Source: Perkinsela sp. CCAP 1560/9 (lineage: Eukaryota > Protista > Euglenozoa: Kinetoplastea). From it: a DNA stretch of 64,000 nucleotides. The notes under the pieces were generated by a model. That model made no database searches, was not told where the DNA came from, and saw only the letters and a program-made list of their open reading frames with translations. The position numbers and the translations under genes are program-made. This document shows, piece by piece, positions 45,001 through 55,300 of this stretch. How positions within the stretch are numbered: the first letter of the stretch is position 1; every line of letters begins with the position of its first letter. The DNA lies in NCBI GenBank assembly GCA_965644495.1, contig CBFFSA010000031.1, positions 34,694 to 98,693 of the forward strand. Reading direction: 5' to 3'.

Positions 45001-46197
45001 TCTTCCCCAGCCGCCGCGAGATGCTGGAGCGCGCTGCGTCTGATGGAGTACAAGGTGTGTTTTTCTTTTAGAAGAGGGTGACGAGTAACAACTGGGATTT
45101 TTCTCAATCGCTGATCGATTTGGTGTAGCTTCACCCCGGGGAATAATTGCTGTTCGTTTGCCTCTCGTCTCCGCCATATCTGCTTCACCACAAGGTCGCT
45201 CCAAAATGCCGGAACGTACATTCTTACACAACGCGGACTTAAGCGTTCCGTGGTCGTGGTGTTTTTGCACATTTGGTACATCCATATACTTAATTGCAAT
45301 TCGTGGTTGTTCTCCATCATCGCTATATCGCATACTTTCTGGTTTATCAGGTCTCCTGGTCGCTGGCCCGAAAGCCAGTAGATTATCAGGAATGTTTTTT
45401 CCTCGTCGCAGAGACCCGGTCCGGCGAGGAAACTCTTCAAACCGGCTAGATCCATGGGACACGCTCTTATTGCTGGACTCGCCCTCCTGTGCATCGCTCC
45501 TTTGAGGGCTTCTATTTTCTTTAATGGGAGCGGCGATCCTCGCAAAGCGTATTCGTTCCCCAAATGGCAAAGGTATTGAGCAACGGTTTGTCCCTTTAAA
45601 CCTTCTGTTTCGTTCAGATGCACCGCAAATGCGGCTAGGTATATCACCTCCTCGAGGTAATGTCCGTAGTCTCGGAGCCGCCCCACATAACTTTGATACC
45701 GTAGCCATATGCGACGCATAATGTCCCTTGTTCCTTCCGCGAACTTCTCGCGAAAGACATTTTCGGCTTTCAAAACTTCTTGGCAGACTGTTTCTTCTGA
45801 TAATTGCTGTATAACTATATTTTTTGGTATTTTTGTTTGTAATAATGACCCCTCTTTTGGGAAAGATCGGCCGGCGCCGAGGAAACTTTGCATTAGGTGC
45901 ACTGTACGGTCTTCTCCCTCCCCGTACAGTTTGATGGGGCGTCCGGCCCCGGGGCCGAGTCACTGAGACCCGGCGATGTTGTGGCCGTTTCGGGAGGCCA
46001 TTCCCCGTCCGCCTCGGGCGCGCCCTACGCCTCGGAAAGGTCCTCGAAAACGCTCTCCGTACCCGCGCCCTCCTCCGTTTTTTGCGTTCATAGCGGCTCC
46101 TTGCGCGATCGACATATTTTGGTAATACGACATGGTCGCCTCGTGCGCCTGGGTATATTGATCGTCCATCGGGGCGCTCTGCGCAGTTTCTTTCCAA
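42007..46197 (-). CDS. RT / RNase H ORF (recognisable domains in the C-terminal ~520 aa)
   Basis: Motifs FLIPK, ETDGKSWYHQF, LPMGW, FIDN, VDASDQGWG, KEL, SDN. Confidence 0.88.
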   Translation of the reverse strand: MERNCAERPDGRSIYPGARGDHVVLPKYVDRARSRYERKKRRRARVRRAFSRTFPRRRARPRRTGNGLPKRPQHRRVSVTRPRGRTPHQTVRGGRRPYSAPNAKFPRRRPIFPKRGVIITNKNTKKYSYTAIIRRNSLPRSFESRKCLSREVRGRNKGHYASHMATVSKLCGAAPRLRTLPRGGDIPSRICGASERNRRFKGTNRCSIPLPFGERIRFARIAAPIKENRSPQRSDAQEGESSNKSVSHGSSRFEEFPRRTGSLRRGKNIPDNLLAFGPATRRPDKPESMRYSDDGEQPRIAIKYMDVPNVQKHHDHGTLKSALCKNVRSGILERPCGEADMAETRGKRTAIIPRGEATPNRSAIEKNPSCYSSPSSKRKTHLVLHQTQRAPASRGGWGRCSSDTATDSARFRSFPAGVSRLVSRPKSDSGIRGVSKTRTIRSRAFRASYDADPGNLSQSSHDIPERRKARSRRAKNYPVGREKRIHTIRRDTPAARNYRGDGKHSNTAGKYSRVIEERGKTDERTQINSIRRSNDGSGHSIELLNTKRSVGNPAEGEPPQTPKLFKLCKQHTSNFHSALPQPNPSYRPTNTPRTNRRESSAADTSRITFSRANKHDPAVPPHVTRGRTFVNSRDDGRSFRNSRSSRINPAIPPHTTRGIPTTTTTTRGRSNATPHPDGRRSSTNSRFSTSEIRLSPPSHPLLHSSSAYPSTDATLSVPDHRARGATRNGRRRKPHMVSKRFLSRSSSHASEGFYHGHKSSEVPGPEIPSRPAESRLNRPVTNQKKEASYGERTCGLRERSGGGNIARGPVRSSDSAKRASLKEDEAQHRNGRACVAAPVGASTSPWEILYEFVAYPTYVNIHFPDNRRIQRGERTRPCERDWPLDAVSSARINLTELVRMAKEEDMSEEAELFDYIINPEKFMQLLKKFRDLRYRGESKKLGRVLREMLQAGILKRIPRRAVRVWMTSFLIPKVKKQSMRVILNAIPLNSMQEMVPGPLDLASLKDIETMVAKYNFFCETDGKSWYHQFVLPPKLLPYFAVRVKGRTYGWATLPMGWQASVKIGHAATNVLYQGIEKQRILTFIDNGYSFANDTETLTGDLQNIQQRADRAGAEILVTTQPTVSGTILGVHVDLQQKTLSLPVLFLQKLAALREAFQCLQRRRFFPSHRLIWKVLGTLFWATRILGIQQCQFLGVMLWVRGRSRRLAFDQSLWDKPCFMSKAFIADLVELIDTVEENRPRKVNEKSVASFEIFVDASDQGWGLAWTEHGDLKYKAGRFPFWLKDSSIAYKELYAAEQGMNLVRQKNLRNSTLISDNKNVVSWLTRWRAGPPKVMSWLKKLFWFKVKGYITEVMWCPSDRNLEDKPSRCIRLDDIPSQGGDRRGVERFRFRKTTNAI
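43515..45902 (-). CDS. Tyrosine recombinase with a long low-complexity C-terminal extension
   Basis: SGQRPGD (R), CKN (K), YSIRR, TRH, LRAY. Confidence 0.8.
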   Translation of the reverse strand: MHLMQSFLGAGRSFPKEGSLLQTKIPKNIVIQQLSEETVCQEVLKAENVFREKFAEGTRDIMRRIWLRYQSYVGRLRDYGHYLEEVIYLAAFAVHLNETEGLKGQTVAQYLCHLGNEYALRGSPLPLKKIEALKGAMHRRASPAIRACPMDLAGLKSFLAGPGLCDEEKTFLIIYWLSGQRPGDLINQKVCDIAMMENNHELQLSIWMYQMCKNTTTTERLSPRCVRMYVPAFWSDLVVKQIWRRREANEQQLFPGVKLHQIDQRLRKIPVVTRHPLLKEKHTLYSIRRSALQHLAAAGEDAVAIQQLTRHVSEASLRAYLGSFLDPRAIAGLEVSRKLGQYVAVPFEHPTTQTREICHNQATTSRREEKPDLDEPRTTLSEEKRGFTPSEETLLPLETIVETGSIQIQQESTPESLRKEVRPTNGPRSILSVDQTMGVVTQSNCSTPKDRWGILQRASLPRRLSFSSCVNNIRVISTPLCPSRTPRTDPPILPVPTGVSHRLQTPLESRFPEPTNTIPPSLLTSREEEPLLTPVMMEDHSETPDPRESIPPSLPTPLEAFQQQQQPREAGAMLPPIPMDEDHPRTPVSRLQKFDSHHLPTPYYTPHRHIPQQTLPYPYLTTEREVLREMGEGENPTWCRKDFSRGVVHMLPKGSITDTSPPKSRVPRYLVDPLKADLTAPLQTRKRKRAMEKELADYVNAVGEGTSLEDQYEVQTALNARHLKKTRLSTVMGEPASPHLSVRAPLRGKYCMNSSPTPPTSIYTSLTIDESSVEREPVPVNEIGRWTPSRPPESI

Positions 46198-46745
46198 TAG
46201 CGGCCGTATTCTCGACCAAACTTATGTTTGTAACGAAGATAGTGCAAATTCTCAAACGCGGGCTCCACTGAAACCATCGAAAACGGACGTCCTGCTCGCG
46301 CGTGCAACCCGCAATCTTGGAGGTGTTTCGAGATCGTGTCGAGACTTTCTCTCAAACTTATGGCATCCCCCGCAACCGCACCAGGATCTTTTGAGTTTCC
46401 AAATTGTTTGCGAATTTCATGCTCCAATCGTCCAATTAAATTGTCCCGGTATAGATCACTGCAGAAATGTCGGTATTCCCATTCTTTTGGTCGGAAAAGC
46501 TTTTCGTGGGGGAGGTCATGGGCCGCAGGATCATACCCGCCCGGCGCCGACACACTCTTTGCTGCCATTCCCAGAGCTTCCCGAATTTGCGCGGATTGCC
46601 GCTCCACCGTAGCTTCCAACATACCGATGCGCTCTTGATCAATCTTCGTTGACGCCATGAGTTCCTCCATACGCTGCATCATTCTGGTATTATCCCCCAA
46701 CTGCTGGATCACATCTCTCGGAGAGGGTGGCTGACCTTCGGCCAT
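45960..46745 (-). CDS. Gag-like ORF1
   Basis: First ORF of the element with a coiled-coil-like N-terminus; homologous to the N-terminus of 5653..8556. Confidence 0.75.
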   Translation of the reverse strand: MAEGQPPSPRDVIQQLGDNTRMMQRMEELMASTKIDQERIGMLEATVERQSAQIREALGMAAKSVSAPGGYDPAAHDLPHEKLFRPKEWEYRHFCSDLYRDNLIGRLEHEIRKQFGNSKDPGAVAGDAISLRESLDTISKHLQDCGLHARAGRPFSMVSVEPAFENLHYLRYKHKFGREYGRYWKETAQSAPMDDQYTQAHEATMSYYQNMSIAQGAAMNAKNGGGRGYGERFRGPFRGVGRARGGRGMASRNGHNIAGSQ

Positions 46746-46877
46746 GGAAATGGACGATTAGTTAGTAGTTTTCCGAAAACGAAAGCGTTCTAAAATATAT
46801 ATATATCTTTCGGAAAACCCCAACAGAAATACTCTGATTTTTTTATGCTATAAAAAATCCATTTATACTAAATTATC

Positions 46878-49800
46878 TTTTTTTTTTTTTTCCAAGCCGT
46901 TACTAGGGCAATTTCACGATCTAGAGACACTAGGTAAAGCTTTTCATTTTTTTTTTTCTTTTTTCTTCTCTCAATTTACGAAGAGAAATCTACACCTACA
47001 ACAGGCGAACAGCAACCCAACTATCCAAGAACTATCCAATAAGATTTTCTTTCTCTTTTTCTTTTTCTCTTTATGATGATGAAACATGGACTTTATATAT
47101 TTTGTTTTGTAATTTTATCGCTTCAATGGAAGTTTGCAGCTCGGGTGGCGAGGTGCGCTAAGCCCCAACGCTTCTACTCTAAACTAACAGCCTAAACTAC
47201 TGATTTACACTAGAAGCGCCCCTGGCCATATCGACGTGGATTTCGCTAAGTTCGTCAACCATCCGTTCGAAATAATACATTTTTTATATCTTTCTTCATC
47301 AATAGGATACCTTTCTTTTTATTATAAGTAACGATAATCTCTGGAGTAAATCTCCCACAATAAAGCGGGAAGTTGAAATGTTGTCTTTTATCTATTATAA
47401 ACTAAATTCTAGAGTGTCACGGTTTCCATCAAGATATTTTCGAAGTTGAGAGTATACTTCGATACCGTTCAACTCCTGCACCAAAAGCTTGAAATCCAAT
47501 TCCGCCAGTTGACGATCAATTCCTGCTGCATCAGCTAGAACTTGGATTAGTCTTTGAGTGTTTCGGTGGAGAGCACCCCCGGACAACACTGGCAGACACT
47601 CGAAGCATTCCTCCCTTATGAGTTCGGTTTTAACGTATGTGTTGATTTTCTTTTTGATAGCTTCGTTCATTAGTTGGGTGCACTTTTTGGAGCGATTCGT
47701 GACTGAGAGCTCGTGTATGACCGTAAGGTCATAAAAGACTTCGCCAGTATTCCAGTAAATGACCAGGTCCGGACCAGAGCGGCATAGACGCCTTCCAGCG
47801 CATACTTTCTGGTGCGTTGATCGATTTTCTGGGTTAATGCTAATTCCGCATGTCAGACATTTCCAGGAAGAGAAAGCTCTGGGCTCTTTTTCGCAGGGTA
47901 AACCCGCTTTGTGGCAAAGACGTTGTATAAAAGTTACGAGCGAATTGTGTTTCATCGTTGTGTTAAATCCGGAGCATTGGGAGCAGCCTGGGATATGAAA
48001 AAGAGCGCTTCGATTATTCAGTATCATACTGCATCCGGGGCATAGAAGGCTTGAGGGAAGGTCTTGATGGTGAGCATTAAGTCTGGGCATAATGGCAAGC
48101 TTGAACAGATGAGACGGTATGTATCGGGCGTGTGACAGAAGCCAGTCGTTATTTCCTTTAAATGAGTTCGCTTGCAAGATTGGTTTGAGTTCGGGGTCCT
48201 GTTGCAACTCTTTCAGAGCTTCATCGTGGTGAATTGCGTTGGCTGTCTGGTTGTCAACTGGTGTAATTTTTAGGTTAGTTGCTTTCGGAATGCAAGGGTG
48301 TGCGGTTGCCATGTCTTTGTCGGTCCGAACTGAAGATGAACTTTGGTGCTCAAGAACCGAAAAGCGCGAGGCCTCATAAGCATTCTCAAGATGAGGGTTG
48401 TACGCCGTTAAACCGAAACCGTCTCACAGTTTCTCCTTGTATTATTCACAATCGAAGAATTCGTGTTGCGATCCGTAATACAGCTGATTTATTTTCGCTG
48501 CTTTTTGTATTAAGACAGATAAGTGCGCGGACTATTCCTTTTAAATCCGAGTACAAGGACATTACCATCCTAGTAAGCGCTGGTCCGACATGAAAAGCAT
48601 TCAAGGAAAAACAAAAAAAAACGAAACACATTCCTGCCATTGTTCCTTCATATCGCATAGTCTGTACCCCGTTTGTCCTTCTCAAGAAAGGATCTCAGCT
48701 GCGAATATACAACAGCTCCATTCAACTCTTGAAGACAGAGTTGAAACTCCATCTGCGTCTGTTTTCGAGGCAGGCAACCGAAACCTCCCTTTTTGACTGG
48801 TAAGCGCATAATTTTCTTCTGTGACGAGGAAAGGGATCCCACCCAAGCTTCCACAATACTTTCAACCTGGTGGTCGAACTGCAAGGATGCTTTATCCGTT
48901 GCATTCGCTTCATGCACCCTCATCAAATACTGTAGCCTAACGTTTACGCATTTGGATAACAACAACAGGGAGATGTTGTTTATTCCCATTTTCTTTAGTC
49001 GCCGAAACCCGGTTTCGTATTTGCTAATTTGCCGAAGCAGACGTTCACTGACCGTTTCGTTGTCGCCGATATGAGCTCCCAGTATTTTTATGGCCTCCGT
49101 CTCTGTCTTGACTCCCTGTTCGTGGAGGGCCATTGGGATTCCATGATCTGAAGTTCCTTGATACCACACGCATTTTGATTCAGCTAATAGTACTCGTTTA
49201 TCTTTCAACAGGTCTTTTAATCTGAAGAACGCCTTCTCCAGATTAGAAGGGTCACGAGAAACAAGCGTAATGTCGTCGATGTACGCGTTTATTTCTACTG
49301 CGGGGTATTCTGAAGCGAGCGTTTCGAGTATGGGTTGGCAGAAGACACAGAAATACAGACTTGCCAGAGCAGAGCCCTGTCTCACACCAGCCGAACTCGG
49401 AATAATGCCAGCCAAATTCCCATCAGACCCGTAGTAGAGTAGATCGGAAGGCTTTGAGTATTCTGCTGCGAAGAATCTTTGGAAGGGTTTTAGGGTTGCA
49501 AAAGCGAAAACGCTTTTTGCCAGTTCGTTTCTGGATGGTGTATTAAATGCATTTTTCATATCAACTGATAATATTGTATGTCCATCTAGGTAGCGATCGC
49601 GTAACTTGTGTACAATTCTCTCGCATCCGGCTTGCGAAAAGACTCCCTGTTGCATGGGTGAGAATAACGGCTCAAGCGTTTTTTCATATCTTTGAAGAAG
49701 TATTAAGCCCGCCAGTTTGCCGAAAATTTCGCCGATAGCTACGGGGAACTCCACCGTCTGGCTTTGCAATTGCTACGAGACGAGCCCTATTCAGTCGCTG

Positions 49801-49900
49801 CATCACTTGGCGCGAGAGAAACCCGTTGATAAGGTCTCCCATCATGTGGCACAGACTGTTGCAACAAGGTTCATCGTCAATGAGCAACCTAATAACGCTA
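46878..49900 (-). mobile_element. 5'-truncated CRE family E (RT + RLE), interrupted at 48421-48775, frameshift near 49745
   Basis: ORFs 49684..49887, 48648..49769 (YIDD) and 47395..48312 (GPD). KGGFG|LTA rejoins across the insert. The left boundary (poly T) is inferred. Confidence 0.8.
48421..48775 (-). mobile_element. 355-bp 3' end of another CRE (family F)
   Basis: Encodes FQLCLQELNGAVVYSQLR. TSD AACCGAAACC at 48411-48420 and 48776-48785. No poly(A). Confidence 0.8.
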
Positions 49901-49921
49901 TTTATATACTATTTCGTATTA

Positions 49922-49957
49922 AGAATCCTTTTATAAATAAAATATCTTTTTTTTTTT
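49922..49957 (-). repeat. Remnant 5' terminus of a third YR1/YR2-family copy
   Basis: AATCCTTTTATAAATAAAATATC plus T11, versus AATCCTTTTATGAATAAAATATC plus T21 at 8758-8801. Confidence 0.6.
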
Positions 49958-50486
49958 GACGAAGCTGACTATATTTAGATATATTCGCCATCATTTGTGC
50001 AAAGGGGCGATTATTCGAAATTTTTGATTTTGCTAATTTTTTTTTTCTAATTATGTAAAGGGAAGGGTAGTGGTCCAAAATTTTCGAGTTGCAAAGTAAA
50101 GCAAAAGCTTTATTAACTTTTGCAAAAAGTTTTAACTCATGGAAATTGTTTCTAATGTTCAATAAAATAAAATCTTATATTTCGTCTGAACGATTACCTG
50201 ACTTTCCGAGTATAATTACTAACACAAGTTTACATTTTTGTCATTGTGATATTTGTCCTTCAGGAATATAACCATAAAGTAAAGTGCTCAGTTTGCGTTT
50301 ACTGGGAAAGATTAGTTGTGTTAATAAAACCGTTTAAGGAAAGATTAGTTACTTAGTCCGCCTATCCAGTTGCAGTGTGGGATCACGTCTCTTAGTATGG
50401 AGCATAATGTTTGCCCTCCTGAATTTCAAATCGTAAACTTATAGAAATCCAGGTCGGGCTGCTCATAAAACATCTAGTAGAACTAG

Positions 50487-51421
50487 TATTGCGGTGGTTG
50501 TAAAACTACCGCTCTACACTCGATTATTGAAAAAAAAGTGAACAAAAACAGTGAAAATATAAAGAGGAACACAGTAATATAATAGAAGAAAAAAATATAA
50601 AAGGGGGCTCCGGTGGTCCAAAACTGAAAAAAAAATTTGAAAAAAATGGGGGGTCCATGGGGGGGGTCCATGGGGGGGGTCCAGGGGGGGGGTCCAGGGG
50701 GGGGGTCCAGGGGGGGGGGGCATGGTCGAGCAAATTTTTTCGAAAAAATTAGTTTTCGAAAAAAAACCGCAGAACGGGTAGCCGGGGTCTTGGCGCGCAT
50801 TTTCCACCCCCCTACCCGGGGGTGACCCCCCCGCGTATCGGCAGGACGGGTCCGCCAAGTTCGGATTTTTTCGGAAAATTTTTTTTGAAAAAAATTTCAA
50901 CTTGGCGAAAAAAATGACAAAAAAACTATTTTTCCAAAATCGTTTCCCCTATTGTATTTTGATAGTTTGGGACCTACACTAGCTTTCTACGCAGTTGTTT
51001 TCGCAAGGTATCACTTCTTCAAACTGTGGTGCGCCCCCCAAAATGACCCATTTTTGACTAAAAAAGGTGAAAAAGTATTTTTCGGACCTAAAGGGGCATT
51101 TTTGTGTCGAAAGAATGGTATGGTTGGAGTCGCATTCTCTACCCAATACGTTCGGTAGGCTTCCATTCATGCCTCCGAGTGATTTGCCACGCGCAAATGT
51201 CGGATTTAGTGCTCTGAGAGCAAAAATATGCGAAAATGACCCCATTTGTACCCGAAATTCGGCTATTTTTGGCTATAATCTTTCCGTTTTCCAGGCTAAA
51301 TTTTCTTTTTTAGGCTCTTCGTTAAACGCGGCGGTAGTTTTCAACGCGAAGCGCGCAGCATGAGTGACTTCTAAGTTGAAAGCAACCACCGCGTTTAACG
51401 AAGAGCCTAAAAAAGAAAATA
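50487..51421. mobile_element. Inverted copy of the 0.9-kb hairpin element
   Basis: Reverse complement of 17884-18792. Confidence 0.8.
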
Positions 51422-51711
51422 TAAAAATATATGGAAGCAATAATAAGAAATTTGAAGAGTGCTGATTTCTCAATGATCTTACGAAGATATATCTTTCCTG
51501 TAGTGTATTTATGGAAATAAACCCAAGAGACTAAGTGAGATCGTCATAACCTATCATAATCAATGTTAAAAGAGTACCAAATAAACTAATAACGTTGTGA
51601 ACGGGAATGCCCGTCTGCGCAACCCGCAGCCAACCAACCCGATCACTAGTCACATTTAACACTACCCGAGCACTCGTGATATTCCTTGGGGAACTTCTCC
51701 TAAGTCCCAGG

Positions 51712-52005
51712 CTAAAATTTCCTGCTAATCGGGTCTGCTGGATTCTCTGACGAGGCCATGTAACGTGCCTGAATGCATATCCCTTTCTTTTTCGCTTCCT
51801 CTAAAACCATGCGCAATTGACGTGCAATATTGTCCGACTTAGAAGTTTTCCTATTCAGTGCCTCTTTACATGAAGTGTTGTCCACAAAAAGATCCAGGCA
51901 CGTTCCGCTTTCAAAATGCTCACCGAATTCTTCAAGAGCCAACCTTACAGCCGTAGCTTCAGCATTGTTTACTTCATACGTTGTTCCGGCTTCCCATGAG
52001 AACCT
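51712..52005 (-). pseudogene. RNase H C-terminal remnant of a YR3-like element
   Basis: HFESGTCLDLFVDNTSC..ENPADPISR resembles the end of 22598..25360. Confidence 0.8.
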
Positions 52006-52319
52006 TTCTTTTTAGAGACGTGTTCACATATCGCACATATGTCCCGTATCCCAAAATATCACGAATGTTCACGTATCACATAAACTTCCCGTATCCCAAT
52101 ATTTTTTTTTGACCATCGTTTTTGTAAGACCTTCGTTTTTGTAACTAATGTTAACATTTTTTTTTTTTCATTATATTTCTTTTTTAGGCTCTTCGTTAAA
52201 CGCGGTGGTTGCTTTCAACTTAGAAGTCACTCATGCTGCGCTATTCGCGTTGAAAACTACCGCCGCGTTTAACGAAGAGCCTAAAAAAGAAAATTGGCCA
52301 GGGACGCGGAAGAAAACGG

Positions 52320-55300
52320 TATGAATCCAGCATTCTTTGCAAATCGGGAATCCGATTGCTCTAGAATTTCCTTGATTTCATATAGTTCAAACGTTGAACC
52401 CTTAAAAGGGTACTTTTGCATCAGCGTCGGAAATGCTCCGAGCAAGATGTTTTCCATGTCGGTATACTCATTGAGTAAACCTTCTTTTTGTTTCAGTTGC
52501 ATCGCCACGGCATGCGTAATTTGCGCACCCGCCGGCGCATTGCTTACAGGGCTGTGATCAGTTACAAAAGATCGTGTGATCTCACCGAGAGGATCGCGAT
52601 GTAACGTATCGGAAGCCACTGCTTGGGTGACCATACTGTTGATGGCGTTTTCACCCTCCTGGGAAACAGATCTATCCCAAAGATGTGAGACAACGTCTCT
52701 ACAATGTTGCTCGGTAACAACGTTGATCTTTCCTTCCTCTTTCAGTTGAGCATACACGTGGTTATGCTCACAGAGGAAGTGTACCCAGGTGTTCAGGGTC
52801 TCTGATTTCACGCCGAATATGCCACTCAGCTGTGCAGAACATAGTCTTTGACTACGTTTCGTTCTCCGTTCGTTGGCTATCCAAACAATTTGGATGTTCT
52901 TAATCGCGCCCTCGAGATCAGGAACTCTTTCGAGTTGCAAGAGCTCAAGGGTTTCGCGTGCTGTAGCCGTCACGTGTCCAGTGAACTTCGTGTCTGGCCT
53001 TAAGGATGCGGCATATGCGCCACCTTTCCTATGTACACTGATGATTGTGCAGTGTAAAAACACCTTTTGAAGAAGGATCTCTTCTACCAGCGTGGGTACT
53101 GGAAGGTGATTTGTAGAAGGTTGTTCTACTGGACCGCGGGGAATTCTCCCTTTTTTGTCCATTATTCTTTGATCCCTTGCACAAAGTTGCGCTTCGGGAT
53201 TCGGAAGGTCACTTTCGAGAAGAATAACTTTACAAGAATCACAACTTGTGATACGTTGGTCGTCGTTCATTCTCTTTTTGTACCTTTTCATGCACTCTTC
53301 TTGAGCTTCCGTACTGACTGAAAAATCTTCCAAAGGAAGACGATCAATGTAGGAAGTCTCATAGAAGTATTTTAGTGCGTCTTTTGGATTGCGCTCAATG
53401 TCAAAACGTGTTCGACGTGAGCCATCTCCATTGACTTCGTATGTGTCAAAATTGACAATACATTTCGCGATGCAACATCGTTCAAGCCAGTACCGAAGTT
53501 CATTGGCTGAAGATTCTTTGCATATTTCGTTTGTGTGAAAGATGGTATTTTCACACATCTGCATGATAGCATATGCTGCACTGTCAATAGTGCTAGCATT
53601 CGTCACATTCGTGACAGTTGCTTGATTCAAAATTGAAACAATTTCATTTTCAAGAGAGGGACTCGTAATAAACGTATAAACGTTCTTTTCACCCTTCTTT
53701 TTCAAGGAAACAAGGACCCATATGGGCCCCGATGATTCATCTGTTTCCAAGTATGTAAATATGTGTAAACCCACACGGTTCCTTGAAGTGAACTTGTCAC
53801 ATTCATTGAATGGACATACTTTCACAGGAAATCGTCGTGTGTTAATGGTTTTACATAATACATTTTCCACAAAGTAGAGAATCTCTACTGATTTTAGTGG
53901 ATGATCTAGCCTTGTGAATGCTTCTTTGGTACGCTTTTCTTGTGGATACAAAGTGAGGGGTATAACCCCCACTTCGCCTTTTTCCAGTGAAGCTTCGAGC
54001 CACTTCCAGAGTGATAAAAGTTTATCACGTTCTGTCAGTTTCGGCCAATCACGGTCTTGCGTGATAGTGTAGGCTATGGCTCCCAGGGAGAGCTCACCTT
54101 CATCGTTTCCTACTAAAGGAACTGGCGTAGTAGCCATGTTTCCAATATTGTAGACGGTTCGAATTGCCGCTATCTGTGTTTCCATAGAAGCTGCGCAATT
54201 ATATGTGAACACTCGTCGTTTAGTCAGACATACCATGGCGAGAGAATCGCCATTGCCTTTAACGTAAACGACGTTATGTCCATCACGATGTCTCTGAATA
54301 GAGCATCTTTTATCTCCATCGCTTTGGAGGGTTTCATCACAAACAATGTGTGAATTGATGAGAATATTCTCAATCAGTTGAAAAGATGTGAGTGTTAGCG
54401 TGGAGCATTGCTTCACACGTTCCAGCTCATCATCCTGCGATACTGCATGAGCTCTGTTGCGCTCAGCTTGTGTGATCCGAAGTCGAAAAGCCCGAGCTTC
54501 AGCATGCCGCGGATGGCGGTAAAAATGCTTTTGAAGCCCCTTAAACGTGAACATTTGTTCGGTAGCGCACAAAGTGCATTTGAACTTGTTCTGTTCGCAG
54601 GGGAGGGCAAATTCGATCCAGTCGACTTTTGTTTGAACATAACGTGTATGCTCACTTGACACCAAATGGTATTCATCTGCCGGGATAATACCCGTTGTTC
54701 CTTGAATCTGTGCGAAATACGTACATACTTCGCACAGAGGAACATTCATATCAGTTAGGAGCACCTGTGAAGGGTGTCCCATACTGAGTATGTGTCGCAT
54801 CATAGATTTGACACTTAGTTTGCGTATGGCGTGCAGTGCGCATACATACGATCCATCAGAGAAACTTACGTGAAGCTCCCATTTCGGATGTAGATACGCC
54901 ATTTCCCGATGTTTCAGAGAATTCGCGTGATTAGTATTCACCATGACTGGCGGGAAATCTTGCAAGATAGCAAAGTAATTGCAAGGAATACATAAATGCA
55001 TTCCTTCGCAATGTTGTGCTACATGCTTCGTTATAGCCTCTTTTTCAAGAGGTGTTTCAGAACACCCAGGCAGTTTGCACTGGTATATGTTTTCTGTTTC
55101 AAGGACGTTTTCTGTCCAAAATGCGTACCACTGCTTGTGCTCAGAGCACTTCGCAGGATTGTGCTTCTTGGGCACACGCCCCGCATCAAAGAATGAACAA
55201 GCTTCACAGCTTTGTTCACTTGTTTTCATATGCTTTTTTTCGACGTGCTTTCTTGCAGCGCCGAGGCTCATCACTTCACCGGAACAAGCGTCCGCAACAC

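Larger units (their letters stand above)
41827..46877 (-). mobile_element. YR retrotransposon YR2 (gag, YR, RT-RH), same family as YR1
   Basis: Both ends read ATC(T)n. A 30-bp direct repeat lies at 42016-42045 and 46761-46790. Three overlapping ORFs. Confidence 0.88.

Noticed and set aside
49888-49920. Spliced-leader-like AATAACGCTATT
   Set aside because: It is the antisense of CRE codons (SVIRLL) at a junction.
1886-49957. Head-to-tail telomeric retrotransposon array (HeT-A/TART-like)
   Set aside because: Several poly(T) junctions resolve as TSD-flanked nested insertions, and no telomeric repeats are visible.
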